DNA of 64,000 bases. Origin: Rhizodiscina lignyota (Eukaryota). Shown one piece after another: positions 51,058-62,700 of this stretch (its first letter is position 1; every line of letters begins with the position of its first letter). The translations under genes and the position numbers were made by a program. A model generated the notes under the pieces. It did not search any database. It had not been told where the DNA came from and saw only the letters and a program-made list of their open reading frames with translations. The stretch spans positions 62,001 through 126,000 of the forward strand of contig ML978139.1 in NCBI GenBank assembly GCA_010015805.1, written 5' to 3'.

Positions 51058-51351
51058 ATGTCTGCGCAGCCTCACCTCGAGGCAACATACGCCGGACCAG
51101 ACGCTTCCGACAAGAGCTTCTCCTTTCCTCTCCCCACGCTCGCAGCGAGTCCGTCCACCTCCGACCGCACAGCCTACCTGACCGCACTCCGTTCCTCGGT
51201 ACAATCCATCCAGGGCCAAGTCAATACCTTCCTGACGCAGAAGATGGGCGAGGAGAAAGCCAATGCCGCTGCCGGAGGTAACCGCGTGGACGACAGCAAA
51301 GAGGAGGAGAACTACGGCGAGGAGGTCATCGACGAGGACGGACAGAGCTGA
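51058..51351 (+). CDS. GON7: EKC/KEOPS complex subunit Gon7
   Basis: 97 aa with L.ATY, YLTALRSSVQSIQGQVNTFLTQKM and acidic tail KEEENYGEEVIDED; CACCATG start context. Confidence 0.85.
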   Translation: MSAQPHLEATYAGPDASDKSFSFPLPTLAASPSTSDRTAYLTALRSSVQSIQGQVNTFLTQKMGEEKANAAAGGNRVDDSKEEENYGEEVIDEDGQS

Positions 51352-52549
51352 GGGGAATCCCCATCCCATGATCACATCCCATGAAGCTCCATTACGAAGC
51401 CACCATCACCGGACATCGATATAGTCTGAGCACATAGTGGTACACACGCAAATGCAATGTCACACTATCACATGCTCCGAGGCTCGCCTACTTAGTCCCC
51501 ACGATATATTCCTATCTGCATAAGTCTCGCTACCGGATCTCTGGCCGAGCGTGGGGAAGAGCGAACAACACTCTAGTACAACCGTAACCCTAATCGCAAG
51601 CAGCACAAATGCTCGGCCCCAGCCGATCAATATAGGCCAACCTCGGAGCATAATCGGAAGAGGAAAGTGACAATCCTTTGCACTATAAGGCTGCAAACAC
51701 GGGCATATGCAGGAACGGACGAGGCTTAACATAGACGTCTCATCTCGCCAATCAGCTGCGCAAAGGCCATTGTCCGGCTTTATAGAGGTAGCGCTCGGTT
51801 ATGTTTCAAGCCCCAGGAATCTGGGGATCGTCGGGGCGCGCAGAACAATGAGAGAACCCACACACCCATGCAATGTCCTGCATCTGAAAATCAATATCCT
51901 TAGTCAGAGCGCTTCCACCGGTGACAGCTCAGTCTGGACGTGGGAAAAGTACACTAGCCCAACCCTGCGTCAGAAGCAACTACAAACTATCTGGTACACT
52001 CGATTAGCGAAAACCCGATTTCTAGTGCGATAACGTAACAGTGTCCAAAATGTCGATCACACCACAAACAACTCGCGCAGGAGTTAGGGCGAACAGCATC
52101 TCATTCTCACGTGGCCGTGCTCAAGACGGGATGTGCAAAGCGCGAGGCGGCGAGGTCGAATGAGGAAGGCGAATAGGGGAAGCGGAGGGAGCCGTGTGCT
52201 ATGGGGACGACATTTGGTTCGCTTTTGGCAATGCTTGGTTCATTTTGAACTCGGGCACTCAGGAACCAAGGCAGCGTGTCTGAAACATTCACGCGATTGT
52301 TATCGCGTAAAATCGCTATCACCAGAGAAACAAGGTTCAGGCCAAAAACAGGTTTTCGATGACTTCAGAACATGCGTTCAATTTGCTCCCATTGACTCGT
52401 TTTTGCTAGCGAATGCCCACGCGAGCAGAATTGAGAGGTATCATGATATCCATGAATCCAGCCCATTATTCCATAATCCATAACCCATGACCGTTTATAA
52501 CGTGTATGTGCCGAAAATGCAAGACAAAAGCCACCCAACCATGATAACA

Positions 52550-55273
52550 TCAAACAACAATGTACTCCCCTTGCATGCTCCCCAGCACCTTCCTCCACCG
52601 AAACGGCGTCCTGCGCATCTGCAACTGCCGAGCCCCTTCACCTTCTAACAACTCATCCAAATCCATGCGCTGCAGTCCCTCGTCATCATCCGCCCAGATA
52701 CGTTCCAGAAGCCCCAGTCCAGCCATATTGTTGAAGAACCCACTCTCGCGCGTCACGCACACGATCCTTGCGCGCACGAGCTCGCGGTCGCTCCACTCTA
52801 CGCACTCTGTGCCCGCGATAAACAGCGGCCACAGTAGGAACTTGTTCACGCAGCTGTCCGCAGGGATGGTGCTGATGTGCGCGAGTGCGCTACGCACGTG
52901 GCCTTGCAAGGCCGGCGCCGACGGCGGCAGAGTGGGAGAGGCAAGGCGCTCCGTATACAGCAATGCTGCAGCGTGGAACGCATGAGAGATGTGTGACATG
53001 TCCGACTCGCCCGGCAGAGCGTCGAAGCCCAGGCTGTCTGAAGGGAATGTCCATGCATCGAGGCGAGAGCGGATGCGATGCCACTCCTTCCAGAAGGCGC
53101 GGCGAGAGTCCGGGAGGCGGTCATCTGTGGACTCCAGGGTGGAGCGGAGCGCTGACGTCGGCGTGCCGGGGATCGGGGTCGGGGTGGCGTCCTCGGACGA
53201 GATCGGTGTGCCCCAGCCATTGCCATCCAGATTGTAGTAGTCCAGATTTGTCACTCGAAGTTTCGGTGTGGATCGCGGCGTCGCTTCTTCATCTGGAGAA
53301 TGCTTCTTTGAACTCGTCTGAGACGAAGTTGTCACGTGTGCCGGTTCATCGCGAACTGGGCGTTCCTGACTGAGCAAGTTCAGACGGCCAAGGCGAGCGA
53401 TAAGCTTGAACAGCCGCCCCTCGCAGCCCGCTAGGTGCTCGAGAGAGCCCAGATTGGCAGAAAGATTGACCATATCGAGCGAGTCGCCTCGCACTTCGGT
53501 CTCTCTATCGTTGACCGTGGAATTCATAACATCAAACCAAGTGAAAAACATCTCAACCCATGCAATGAAACCGTCTTGTGATTCGTTATGTATGCTGCGG
53601 TCGTTTTTGCGCATGCTGAGAAGCTTTTGAACTCCAGCTAGTTGCGTCTTGAATTTAGAGAAACCAGTATCACAAACATGGAAAAGACATAGGATTAGAA
53701 GCGTGGCAAGTACAGAATCATGCTTTGCTGATGTAGTGTCCGCCAAAAGTGCGTTTAAAGTTGCAATCGACCTGGCCTTGTACTGCTGCTCCTCTGCTGA
53801 AGCTGGGGATTTCGCCATCTCGATCTCCTGGACCGTGCGAACCTGGCCGGAAGAATCATTAAGCTCCTTCAACTGCCTCATCCGGAAATTGTTCGTTGCG
53901 AGAGCTGCAATCGCGTTCTGGAGACCTTCGCTCCCGACGGCCAGGTGCATGATATGCATGCGGTATGGATTGCTCGGCCCGTCAAAGGCAACCAATACCG
54001 GACAGATCATCCTGTCATAGTATCCCAGAAGCGCCTGGAGCCGCGACGAGAGGTGGCGGAAGGGGGACGAATCTAGGCTCTGCGGGATGAAAGTGGTGAT
54101 GGCTGAGCTGGTGCTGGTGGTGGAATTGCTTCGGCTGGGGAATGACGATCTAGACGGGACGTCAGCGGCGTCCTGTTCCTTCGGATGCGAAGTAACAGCA
54201 GAATTTCGTACCGGTTGAGGTCCAAAGACATAATCAAAGCCCTCCGGAATTACCTGTGGTGACGGCGTAATGTCGTGATAATGGGCCTCTGGCGTGCTAG
54301 GACCAAAGCCATATGCGCTCGACAAAGCCGGACTGAGTGACATGTGATCCGTCCCACTAAAATCTGAACTGATGCTAGAGCTCAGATCCTCATGCGGTCC
54401 GCTTGGATATGAGCGCGGAGCCTCCATGAAGTACTGGCCACCCGATGAGGGCGTCGAGTGGTGCGCCGTGTATGGGTCGGGGAAAGAATTGATGAACGGA
54501 TCCGCAAATGGAACCTCGTCAGGCGTATGCGGATAGTCTGTCGGTGACGGTGGGAAGTCGCTGTCGCTGAACGTACTCACAGAACCGGTTGATGGCGCTG
54601 AAAATGCCGAGTCGTCAAAGGTTCCCGAGAGGTGCGTTTGCAGTCGTTGCAATGGTCGGGGTCGAAAATTATTGCTCGGACGCCTTGGTTGCATGCCATA
54701 GTACCCATCCATGGGTTCCTGGAAATTGCCAGTCGCAGCAGCGAAAGCAAAGTTCGGATTTGAACCAGAAGGCATTGACACGGCGCTCATCGCAGTTGGT
54801 GAAGAACATTGCGGGGTCGATCGCTGTGGTTCGAGTGCCGGTGTACTGCCATAGGAGGTTGCGCTCACTGCTGGCGACTGCAATTCTTGTTTTATGTCTA
54901 CTTCAGACGCAGTGGAGTTTGATCGCGCTGAAGCAGAGAGAGGTGGCGATGTGACGTTCGCAGCGCCTTTGCGTGCGACGCCTGCTGCTTTTGGCGAATT
55001 GGCGATAGGTAGCGTCTTTCCTCTTAACTTTCCTCGACTCGCTACACCAACGCCCCAAGTCAACGTCGTTCTGTATCCGGAACATTCTTTTCCAAGATCA
55101 ATGCACTGAGTACAGTAAGGTCGTCGTCGATCACATTGTGTTTTGCGCTTTCGGCAAGTGAAGCAATCTTCCGTTGCTCCAGTGGCTGGTGCTCTTCTCC
55201 TCCGCTTTCGCGGCGGCACTGAGGCTGGAGCGGCCGCAGCAGCCGTCTCAGGAACTGGGTCGTTCGCACTCAT
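52550..55273 (-). CDS. Zn(II)2Cys6 transcription factor, Acr-2-like (Fungal_trans_2 domain)
   Basis: DCFTCRKRKTQCDRRRPYCTQC...CSGY followed by LTWGVGVASRGKLRG. C-terminal domain with DGPSNPYR, FFTWFDVM and LLWPLFIAGTEC. Confidence 0.88.
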   Translation of the reverse strand: MSANDPVPETAAAAAPASVPPRKRRRRAPATGATEDCFTCRKRKTQCDRRRPYCTQCIDLGKECSGYRTTLTWGVGVASRGKLRGKTLPIANSPKAAGVARKGAANVTSPPLSASARSNSTASEVDIKQELQSPAVSATSYGSTPALEPQRSTPQCSSPTAMSAVSMPSGSNPNFAFAAATGNFQEPMDGYYGMQPRRPSNNFRPRPLQRLQTHLSGTFDDSAFSAPSTGSVSTFSDSDFPPSPTDYPHTPDEVPFADPFINSFPDPYTAHHSTPSSGGQYFMEAPRSYPSGPHEDLSSSISSDFSGTDHMSLSPALSSAYGFGPSTPEAHYHDITPSPQVIPEGFDYVFGPQPVRNSAVTSHPKEQDAADVPSRSSFPSRSNSTTSTSSAITTFIPQSLDSSPFRHLSSRLQALLGYYDRMICPVLVAFDGPSNPYRMHIMHLAVGSEGLQNAIAALATNNFRMRQLKELNDSSGQVRTVQEIEMAKSPASAEEQQYKARSIATLNALLADTTSAKHDSVLATLLILCLFHVCDTGFSKFKTQLAGVQKLLSMRKNDRSIHNESQDGFIAWVEMFFTWFDVMNSTVNDRETEVRGDSLDMVNLSANLGSLEHLAGCEGRLFKLIARLGRLNLLSQERPVRDEPAHVTTSSQTSSKKHSPDEEATPRSTPKLRVTNLDYYNLDGNGWGTPISSEDATPTPIPGTPTSALRSTLESTDDRLPDSRRAFWKEWHRIRSRLDAWTFPSDSLGFDALPGESDMSHISHAFHAAALLYTERLASPTLPPSAPALQGHVRSALAHISTIPADSCVNKFLLWPLFIAGTECVEWSDRELVRARIVCVTRESGFFNNMAGLGLLERIWADDDEGLQRMDLDELLEGEGARQLQMRRTPFRWRKVLGSMQGEYIVV

Positions 55274-58200
55274 ATTCGAAGACTGATGATAGAGCTTTTA
55301 CGGATGACAAATTTCTTGGTATTACAAGTAGTGGCGGTAGCGAGTGAGATTTTTAAACCGTTCCAAAGCGGGAAGTGCTTCGCAGAAAAGGCCAGAATTG
55401 AAGCGATGGGGGGAATATAGGCAAGATCAGAGCCATGGGATGGAGTCCAGTGAACCCCAGGCATAAAGATAACGCCCACAGAGTGACCGTAGCAAGGAAT
55501 AGATGAAGGATCAAATGTTCTGCATTCAGGCGCAAAGCATGCGACTGGGGCAAAGGGCCAGGGTAATTGTAAATATATGTAGAGGGGGGCTTTCCATTGT
55601 GAAATACAAGTAGCTTTCAAGATCTAAGACGACCCGACACTGTGTTAAGCGTGGTTCAGCGTGCTTCTCCCACGCGGCGGCAATGTGGAATCAAGTCGCA
55701 AGAGGGCCTGCCAGCCGGAAGGGTTACATCGCTTTCGCTCCGGACGAGCCAAAGTTGCACGAACGGCGAGGGACCTGTGAGCATGATGATCGCAACGTGC
55801 AGCAGGCATGGGAGCCACAAATGTCGTCCAATCACGCAATGCGTGATCTTGCTGATCTTCAGGCGATTAAGGCGCTATTCCAGAGGTTGCCGCCGTGCTC
55901 AGGGGGGCGAAACGGGGGAGGCGCTGTGGGAGGGCAGCGAGAGAGATGAAGCCTCGGTCCAAGAACCAAGCCAATTTGAGAGACATGAGGAACCAGCTTG
56001 CTGCGTGCACACGACTCGCCGCAATCCTTCGTCAGCGGCGAATTAGGGCGCTCGCTGCTGGCCATTCGGACCCGGCCGAGCAAATGCGATGCAGATCAGA
56101 CAGCAGGAGGTGTGGTTGGGGGAGGGTGGACAAAGGCTGCCAGGACAAGCCACTCAGATATCGGCCATGACAGTGAACCGTTGTGGCGGATGCATAGAAG
56201 GCGGCCACGGCTATCTTGACCTTCTAGCGGCCGTTCTCCGCCCTTGGCAAGAGATCCGCTCCCATCAAAAGCGAGCCACTCACAGCCGCCTCTCGAGATC
56301 GAAGTACGTAAGTCGGCGCTGAGCCTGGCCGCAACGCGAGACATTGCCTCTAACCCCGCAGCTTCGCGAGCATGCAAACGGTTCCTTTTCCGCCGTTCGA
56401 TCGCGAAGCGGGAAATTTCAAGCTCCTTCAATCGCGAGCGAGGAGAGGCATGCTCTGCTCGCGCTCTGATAAATGCCGGCGTCTCGCCTTCGAAATACAT
56501 AGTCGCACTCAGGCCCTCCTGGCCAGCGAACCATCAGACCTGCACCTAGGATAAGCTGCCGGTAGGGTCGCGATCCGTCCTCCAATGTCCAACAAGGCCC
56601 TGTAAGCTGTCAGGAACTCGACTGCATCACGCTCCGAATCCTTGCTTTGAAGCCAGAGTTCACAGACCTCAAAAATAGGGCCTTCATGCTGGCGATAGAG
56701 GTTTGGTGGACGAGGATAAACTCACGATCCATTCTGTCGGAATTCAAGATTGATAAGGAAATCAAATAGAAATGACCAATCTCTCCCCCACGCTCCCCGA
56801 CCCCATCGTGTTGTAAGACGGCCCGGCCGCTCAGAGCCCCGAAAACGTGGTTATACCGGCAGAGCTTGGTACAGTCGCGGTCCCGCACAAGCCGAAGCGC
56901 TCCCTATGGAGAGCGCATGGGCCAGGTGATAATGTCCGTCTGCACACTGCTCGAAGCTTTTTCGACTCTGCAGCAGTCCTGCAGGAGAATGACTACGGTA
57001 CTATAATAGCGCCCGAACGGCTATATTGCCTACTGTGGAAAGGATCAGTGTCAATCCGCGCCACGATTCGGTTTGTCGCGGCGTCCGTTTTTTCAGGATG
57101 GTGCTGAGCCTCCAAGACGAAGGTCACTCTCTCTGTTCATTATTGTTGCTGCTGACCGTCACGTCGTCGGCGTCTCCTACTCACGAGCAGGCGAGTGGGA
57201 GGTGCCTACACCTCAAGGCATTGGTGAACTCGAAGTCAGGCTGACAGTGAAAACGCGGATAGATAGGAGGCCGTGGTGAAATCCGTGTCGGAGATGTAAC
57301 TGTGTTATCTGTAGGCGGAGTTTAGTAGTTTTACACGAGAAGGCTGAGCTGAACGATTCAGTGGGCTTAGTTCTGTCCCATTTTGCGCTCGGAACCACTG
57401 CGTCCGCTGAGGTGCTCTAAGGTCCTTGGTGTTCCTGCCCTTGGCGGCCATCAGCAAGCGGACACGTGCTCGTGGTCCTTTCACGTGTCTGCACGTGAAC
57501 GACATATTGATTCTCAAAACATACAGAGAGAGTCAACAATCGGGATGTTTGGTTGTGATGAATATTAGTGTCGAGCGTTGTAGCTCTTCTAAGCTCCCGT
57601 CTTCAACCGCTTGCTATCCCACGTGACTCTCGAGCTGCGGCCCAACGGAAGGTTCCGGCGTTCTGTCAGACCTATCAAACCCTTAACCTCACAATTCAGC
57701 CTCTTCTCTCTACATATATTGGATCAATACTGGAATTATAGTGCCTCATAGGATCGTGTTCCACGATTGGTTTGAGAGGCACAGAAGTCGGCCCACAGTC
57801 GACTCCGAGCAATCGATGAAGCAAGGTGTGAGATGCGCTTAGTGATCTGAACCAATTATGGGACAAGCTCTGACAGGCCCAAGTGCCTCCCTCTGGAACA
57901 TTTAGCTCTTCCAAGGTCTTTTATTCCATACGTATCATGGCAACCATGGAAATGCGGCCACTGGCTTCCCGCCACTGGATTTCATATCCGCGAACCGGCT
58001 AACGCGGTAGGCCAGGAGTTGGAGACGTTCTAGATCATATTTGCGGTAAATCTCGAGCGACTGTCGTCCTATATAAGAGCTGAGGACCGGCCGTTTTCGC
58101 GACCACCTTTTGCTCAGATGACGATGCTCCACGTGTGCAACTAATCCGGTCCCGCAAGCCCTCATTGTTAGCGGTATCTCTACCCCTCACTGGCGGCCTT

Positions 58201-59233
58201 CACGCACAGAAAGCGGCGACTCTTCCGCGAAATGGACTCGAGTCGACGTTGAATTCTTCGTTCGCGGGCATGTGAGAGAGTCTCCAGCCGCTTGTCATTG
58301 GGTGAGTCTGATCTATGAATGAGGGTCGCATCGTCTGCTGAATGACGCGCTAGAACGAACATCCTGCGCCTAAATAGGACTTGGCCAAGCCAGGGACCCC
58401 AACCTCCGTTGTGACTTCGTACATATACGGATTAGCCGCACCTGCCGAGCGCCAAAACGTGCAAGCGAGACTTGCGCTCTACCGGTCAAGAACTCTTGAA
58501 GCGTATCCAGGCAGCACCTGACGCGCGCGCATGGACAAGGGCCTGCCGCTGTGTGCGCCGTGGTTGTCGTTGGTTCTTCAGCAGTCCAACAACCCAGGAT
58601 CGTAGCAGGGCCACCTCTTGGCCATAGGTGCCCTGGCGATCAATGTCTCCCTTTCTCTTAAACGACGCCTTACATGCAATGATGATCTCGTTCAGTACTT
58701 CCCCAGTCCTTGCAGCGTGTACTCGTGCATTCTCAAGCACCATACAGCCTATCTCATCACCAGCGCGATTTTTCAATTCAGGCAATTTGTAATACGCCTT
58801 CGTTTTAGCCCTCATTCTGAAGTCAGAAGGAGCGTAAGGAGGAGCATGTTCTATTTATTCATTTTCTCATAGCCGCTTTTGAGCCGCGCGGAACCGGAGT
58901 CAAGTCCCGCGCCACCTCTCGTCGGTCTATTCCATTCAGAGAGGAAAGTACTTGCGGTATTTCTCAATATCAGATCTCGCGGACTTAACGCCGCGCCCTT
59001 CGATAAGCGCTGTTGACCAGTGTCTTAGCATCTCGGCAGTCCCGCCCTTCGAGGGCATGGCTCGTCTCGTATATTGAATTTAATGTTGGCGAAGCTCTCC
59101 CTGCACGTCCTAGGTGGGACATATACCGCCGCCCCTATTGAGGCTGCCCTGTCATTGAGCTGATCCTTCAGTCTAGGCCGTGTGCCGCGCCGCATAGAAT
59201 CTAAAGTAGCTAAGTGCCTCGTCTATGGCAGAG

Positions 59234-59242
59234 ATATAAAAA
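59234..59242 (+). promoter_or_regulatory. Candidate TATA box of the small Cys-rich gene
   Basis: TATAAAA about 200 nt upstream of ATG 59435, followed by a CT-rich leader. Confidence 0.5.
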
Positions 59243-59434
59243 ACCTCGAGCGCTTCAGGAATTGGAGCCAGACCTCAAGTCTTTCCTCGTTACTCCAGCA
59301 GTCGCTACAAACAGCTCGGTAACATTTATCTCCGTTTCCATTGTTATCATCTTCTTTTCTCTACTCTTGAACTCTTACGCGTCATAAACCTCACACATTG
59401 CTCTCTTTCGCATCTTGATCCTGCAATCGCCACC

Positions 59435-59780
59435 ATGAGCGCTGGGGGTAGCGGTTATTACCGCCATCCATGCTGTTACCGCTATGAATTCAATTGCGAG
59501 AACTGGGTATGGCAAGCAGGCGATGCTTGTGCCGACTGTCAAGTAGGTCCATAGGGCAATGTCTATTCTTTGATGCTATTCTTATCCACCTTTTCACTGA
59601 CGGACGCCCACAAAGGCTAAAGGTAGGAAATCTCAACGGCCTGGCGTACCACGCTTCGAAACGTGCGGAGACAACCTTCTCGAAGCCCCCGTCGGCACCG
59701 ACCGACTGGAGGATTATGGGTCCTATGGGGAAGGTGCTGCAGAAAGCAGCCTTATGTCAACGGTGTTGAGTGACCTATAG
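59435..59780 (+). CDS. Small spliced Cys/Trp-rich protein (90 aa), not in the ORF track
   Basis: CGCCACCATG start context. Exon 1 (59435-59542) is MSAGGSGYYRHPCCYRYEFNCENWVWQAGDACADCQ. Intron 59543-59615 is GTAGGT...ACTGAC...AAG. Exon 2 is AKGRKSQ...LSDL*. Confidence 0.75.
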
Positions 59781-62700
59781 TAAGTGCTAGTTACAGATCT
59801 TATTCCTTGAGTAGTTGATGAACGAATCGCGCGCACCAGATGGGATAAATGGCTGATATCGATCTCAGGCCCTCGTCACCCCGCAATTGGGCTGAGATGC
59901 GTGAGTGGTAACGGCTAGCTCCGTACAGCCTCCGCATGCATCTGCTAAGCAGGCTACTAAACAAAATGACTTCATGTTCTAATTTGATAAGACGGCTGTG
60001 GCGTGCATGCGCAGCTGCGGGTATGTTGGATGTGGAATCCGAGAATTGTGATCAGTCACATTTCGCGCATGAGGTTTCAGTCGTCTTGGTACAGTCCCAT
60101 GTAAAAATTGGTTATTGTTTGAAGGCATTCTGACACTGTATTTCTGTACCTTTTAGTTGATTTCTTGTGCCTTTACAACGAGAGAGTTGATAGTCGCCAC
60201 TTCTAGATGCTCAAGTCACCTGGAGGCTTGCGCAATCATTGTTACACAACGACCTCGCTTGACCACGAGACCACCAAATATACTCGCCGTCAATTGGATA
60301 TCCATCTGTCAAAACCGTGCCGCTCGTACGTACGCTCGGCTGTGACCTGTCAAAGCCCTGTCACTCGTTGTGTTCGGCTGCAGGGTCATGGCCTTGTTGT
60401 ATCGGTACTCCGGATCCATCGATCATCTGATTGGCCTGCAGTTTCAAACATTGTCAGCCTTCGCGCGTCATGACCTCTGGTTAGCTATATGCGGTCCGTT
60501 GCATTGACCCATGAGCTACAATGCTTGGTTGCACGTTGCGGGCATGGCTGCATGTTCGTCATTCTGCACACACCTTCGCTTAACCGGGACCGTTGACAGC
60601 CTACTCTCTCCCCACAAATCTGTAGGCTTAAGTGCTTCGATTTACGGACGCTTGCAGGTCTGAGGGGTGGTGATCGGCCCGAGACCATCGACCCTCAGAG
60701 CCTCCAGCTTTGATGACGAGACACAATGCTCGGTAACGCTCGTCTGACAAACCGCGCGCTCAGTCCCAAGACGTCACCTCAAGGTTTCGTATTCTCTAGT
60801 GATCGAGATCTCTCGATATATTCACGATATTGACGGTCTGCCTAGACTATTACGCGATACTCCTCACTTGACCGCCCGATGATCGAGTGGGACCCATGTC
60901 ATGCGTTTCTCCCAAGCTGCGTACGCCCCGTCCGCTCGAGTATGCGGAGCAAGCATTGCCACTGCTCTTAACCGCGTGCCATGTACCTTCTTGCCGAGTA
61001 AGCCACCAACAAAGAGACCAATGGGATAGACTCGCTTTTGAGGCATGCATTTCGTTCGGCCAATTTTCAACCATTCAGTGATTCGGTGCCCCAGTTCAGA
61101 CATCTGCAGAGGAAAACAAAGCCTCCAACGGCTCCACCAATTGCTCGAAAACGTTTTGACGGGGAAGTCCGGACCGTCGCGCAATTTCTGCAGCCTCATC
61201 CTAGACGCTACAGCTGCAGAAGCACTTGCATGCTTTATCTGAAGTGGAGTTGATGTAACCGCCAAGCCAGAAAAGCGAGAGCAAGGCAGAAGATTTAAAG
61301 AGCGGTCCATGGATGCGTCGGAGGTTGAACAGAGGTCCCCGATGGAGCGCTTACCCAGTGGAGATCAGCCAAATGCTGCTACGTTTCCGAGCGCTTGCGC
61401 TCCATCGCGTATCGGATGGTTGAAGATCGACGGCGACGCTTGTACGTATTTAGACCGAAGCGAGGATGGGAAGGTGGATCAAAACACAGTCTCGTGCGAG
61501 ATCGCGCCGTTTGCGAGCCGTCTGACCTTCATCTTTATCATCTCCCAGTCTACCCTGTTTGCTTGCAAGAAACGGGTACCTGCAAAATCCCATGAGCTAG
61601 ATGATCTTTGCAACGGAGGGGGTATAATGCTGGCCCAAGGGTGACAAAATAGCTAGCCACCGGACAAGCTGTAGCGACTACGACAGGGGCAAAGTAGGTA
61701 AGTAAGATCATCTCTGGGAGCTTCGTTCTGTGCTCTTTCGTTTGTATACCACAAATGCATACCGTTGGAAAAATTTATACCCCTTTGTGGCAAGAGGCTA
61801 TACACCACAGCTGCTCAGTGTCTTGAAAGCTGTGGCCAACTTTTTGGTCACCCTCGAGGCTGGACATCTTGTTCCTCTGTTTCCTTCGATTCTGGAGACT
61901 GCTTTTTCATTTTGCCAAAGCCAAAGACGAGGCACGAGTCTCAGCAGCCGACTTGCTAACGCCACAAACAGGGCATGTAAGAGCGCTCTCACGATGCCAG
62001 ATCATAGCCTACCACCTCCAACCTACATCTCGACTCTCGTACAAGACTGTGCTAAGTTGTATGAGAGACTCTAAGGCGATTGTGGTTGACGTAATCGACG
62101 GAATCAGTGATGAGCAGATACAAGACCGACATGCTCCGGGAAGCTTTCGCATGTCGCGAGATTACCACCACTCTCGACGTATATTGCATACAGATGGCTT
62201 TCAACGATATCGGAAAGATGGTTGCCAATACACGTCGAACTTGTTCCAGGGACAAATTAGTCTCGCATTCTAGCGCACGCAGCACCTCGGTTCGATGCTG
62301 TGCAAAGAGCGATGATGAGTCGTGTAGCAGCTGAGTGCTGGCACCCAAGAAGTGAAATCGCTTTGGTTTCGCCTTTGCCTTAAGCCTCAGTCATCGTGAT
62401 TGCGGCCGCTACGAGTCTCAGGTCTTTCAGCCTAAAGGATAGAACCCCTGAAACAATGAGACTCTCGGCAATCAGAGCTGTCTCAACCCGCCGGCAAATA
62501 AATGGAATATAAGAGAGAACATTGAGTGCGAAGCAGGAAGTCTCATGATACAGCGTTACTCGATTGGAAGTTTGACGAAATTCGTGGATACGTCTGTGGC
62601 AACAACCCCGGGTCCATGTTGGTCATAATCGTGTGGAAAAGCTGGACTCTCTCCAAGCCTTGTGGCAAGTATTCCCTCAATCGCTAGGTTTTCATCGCTT

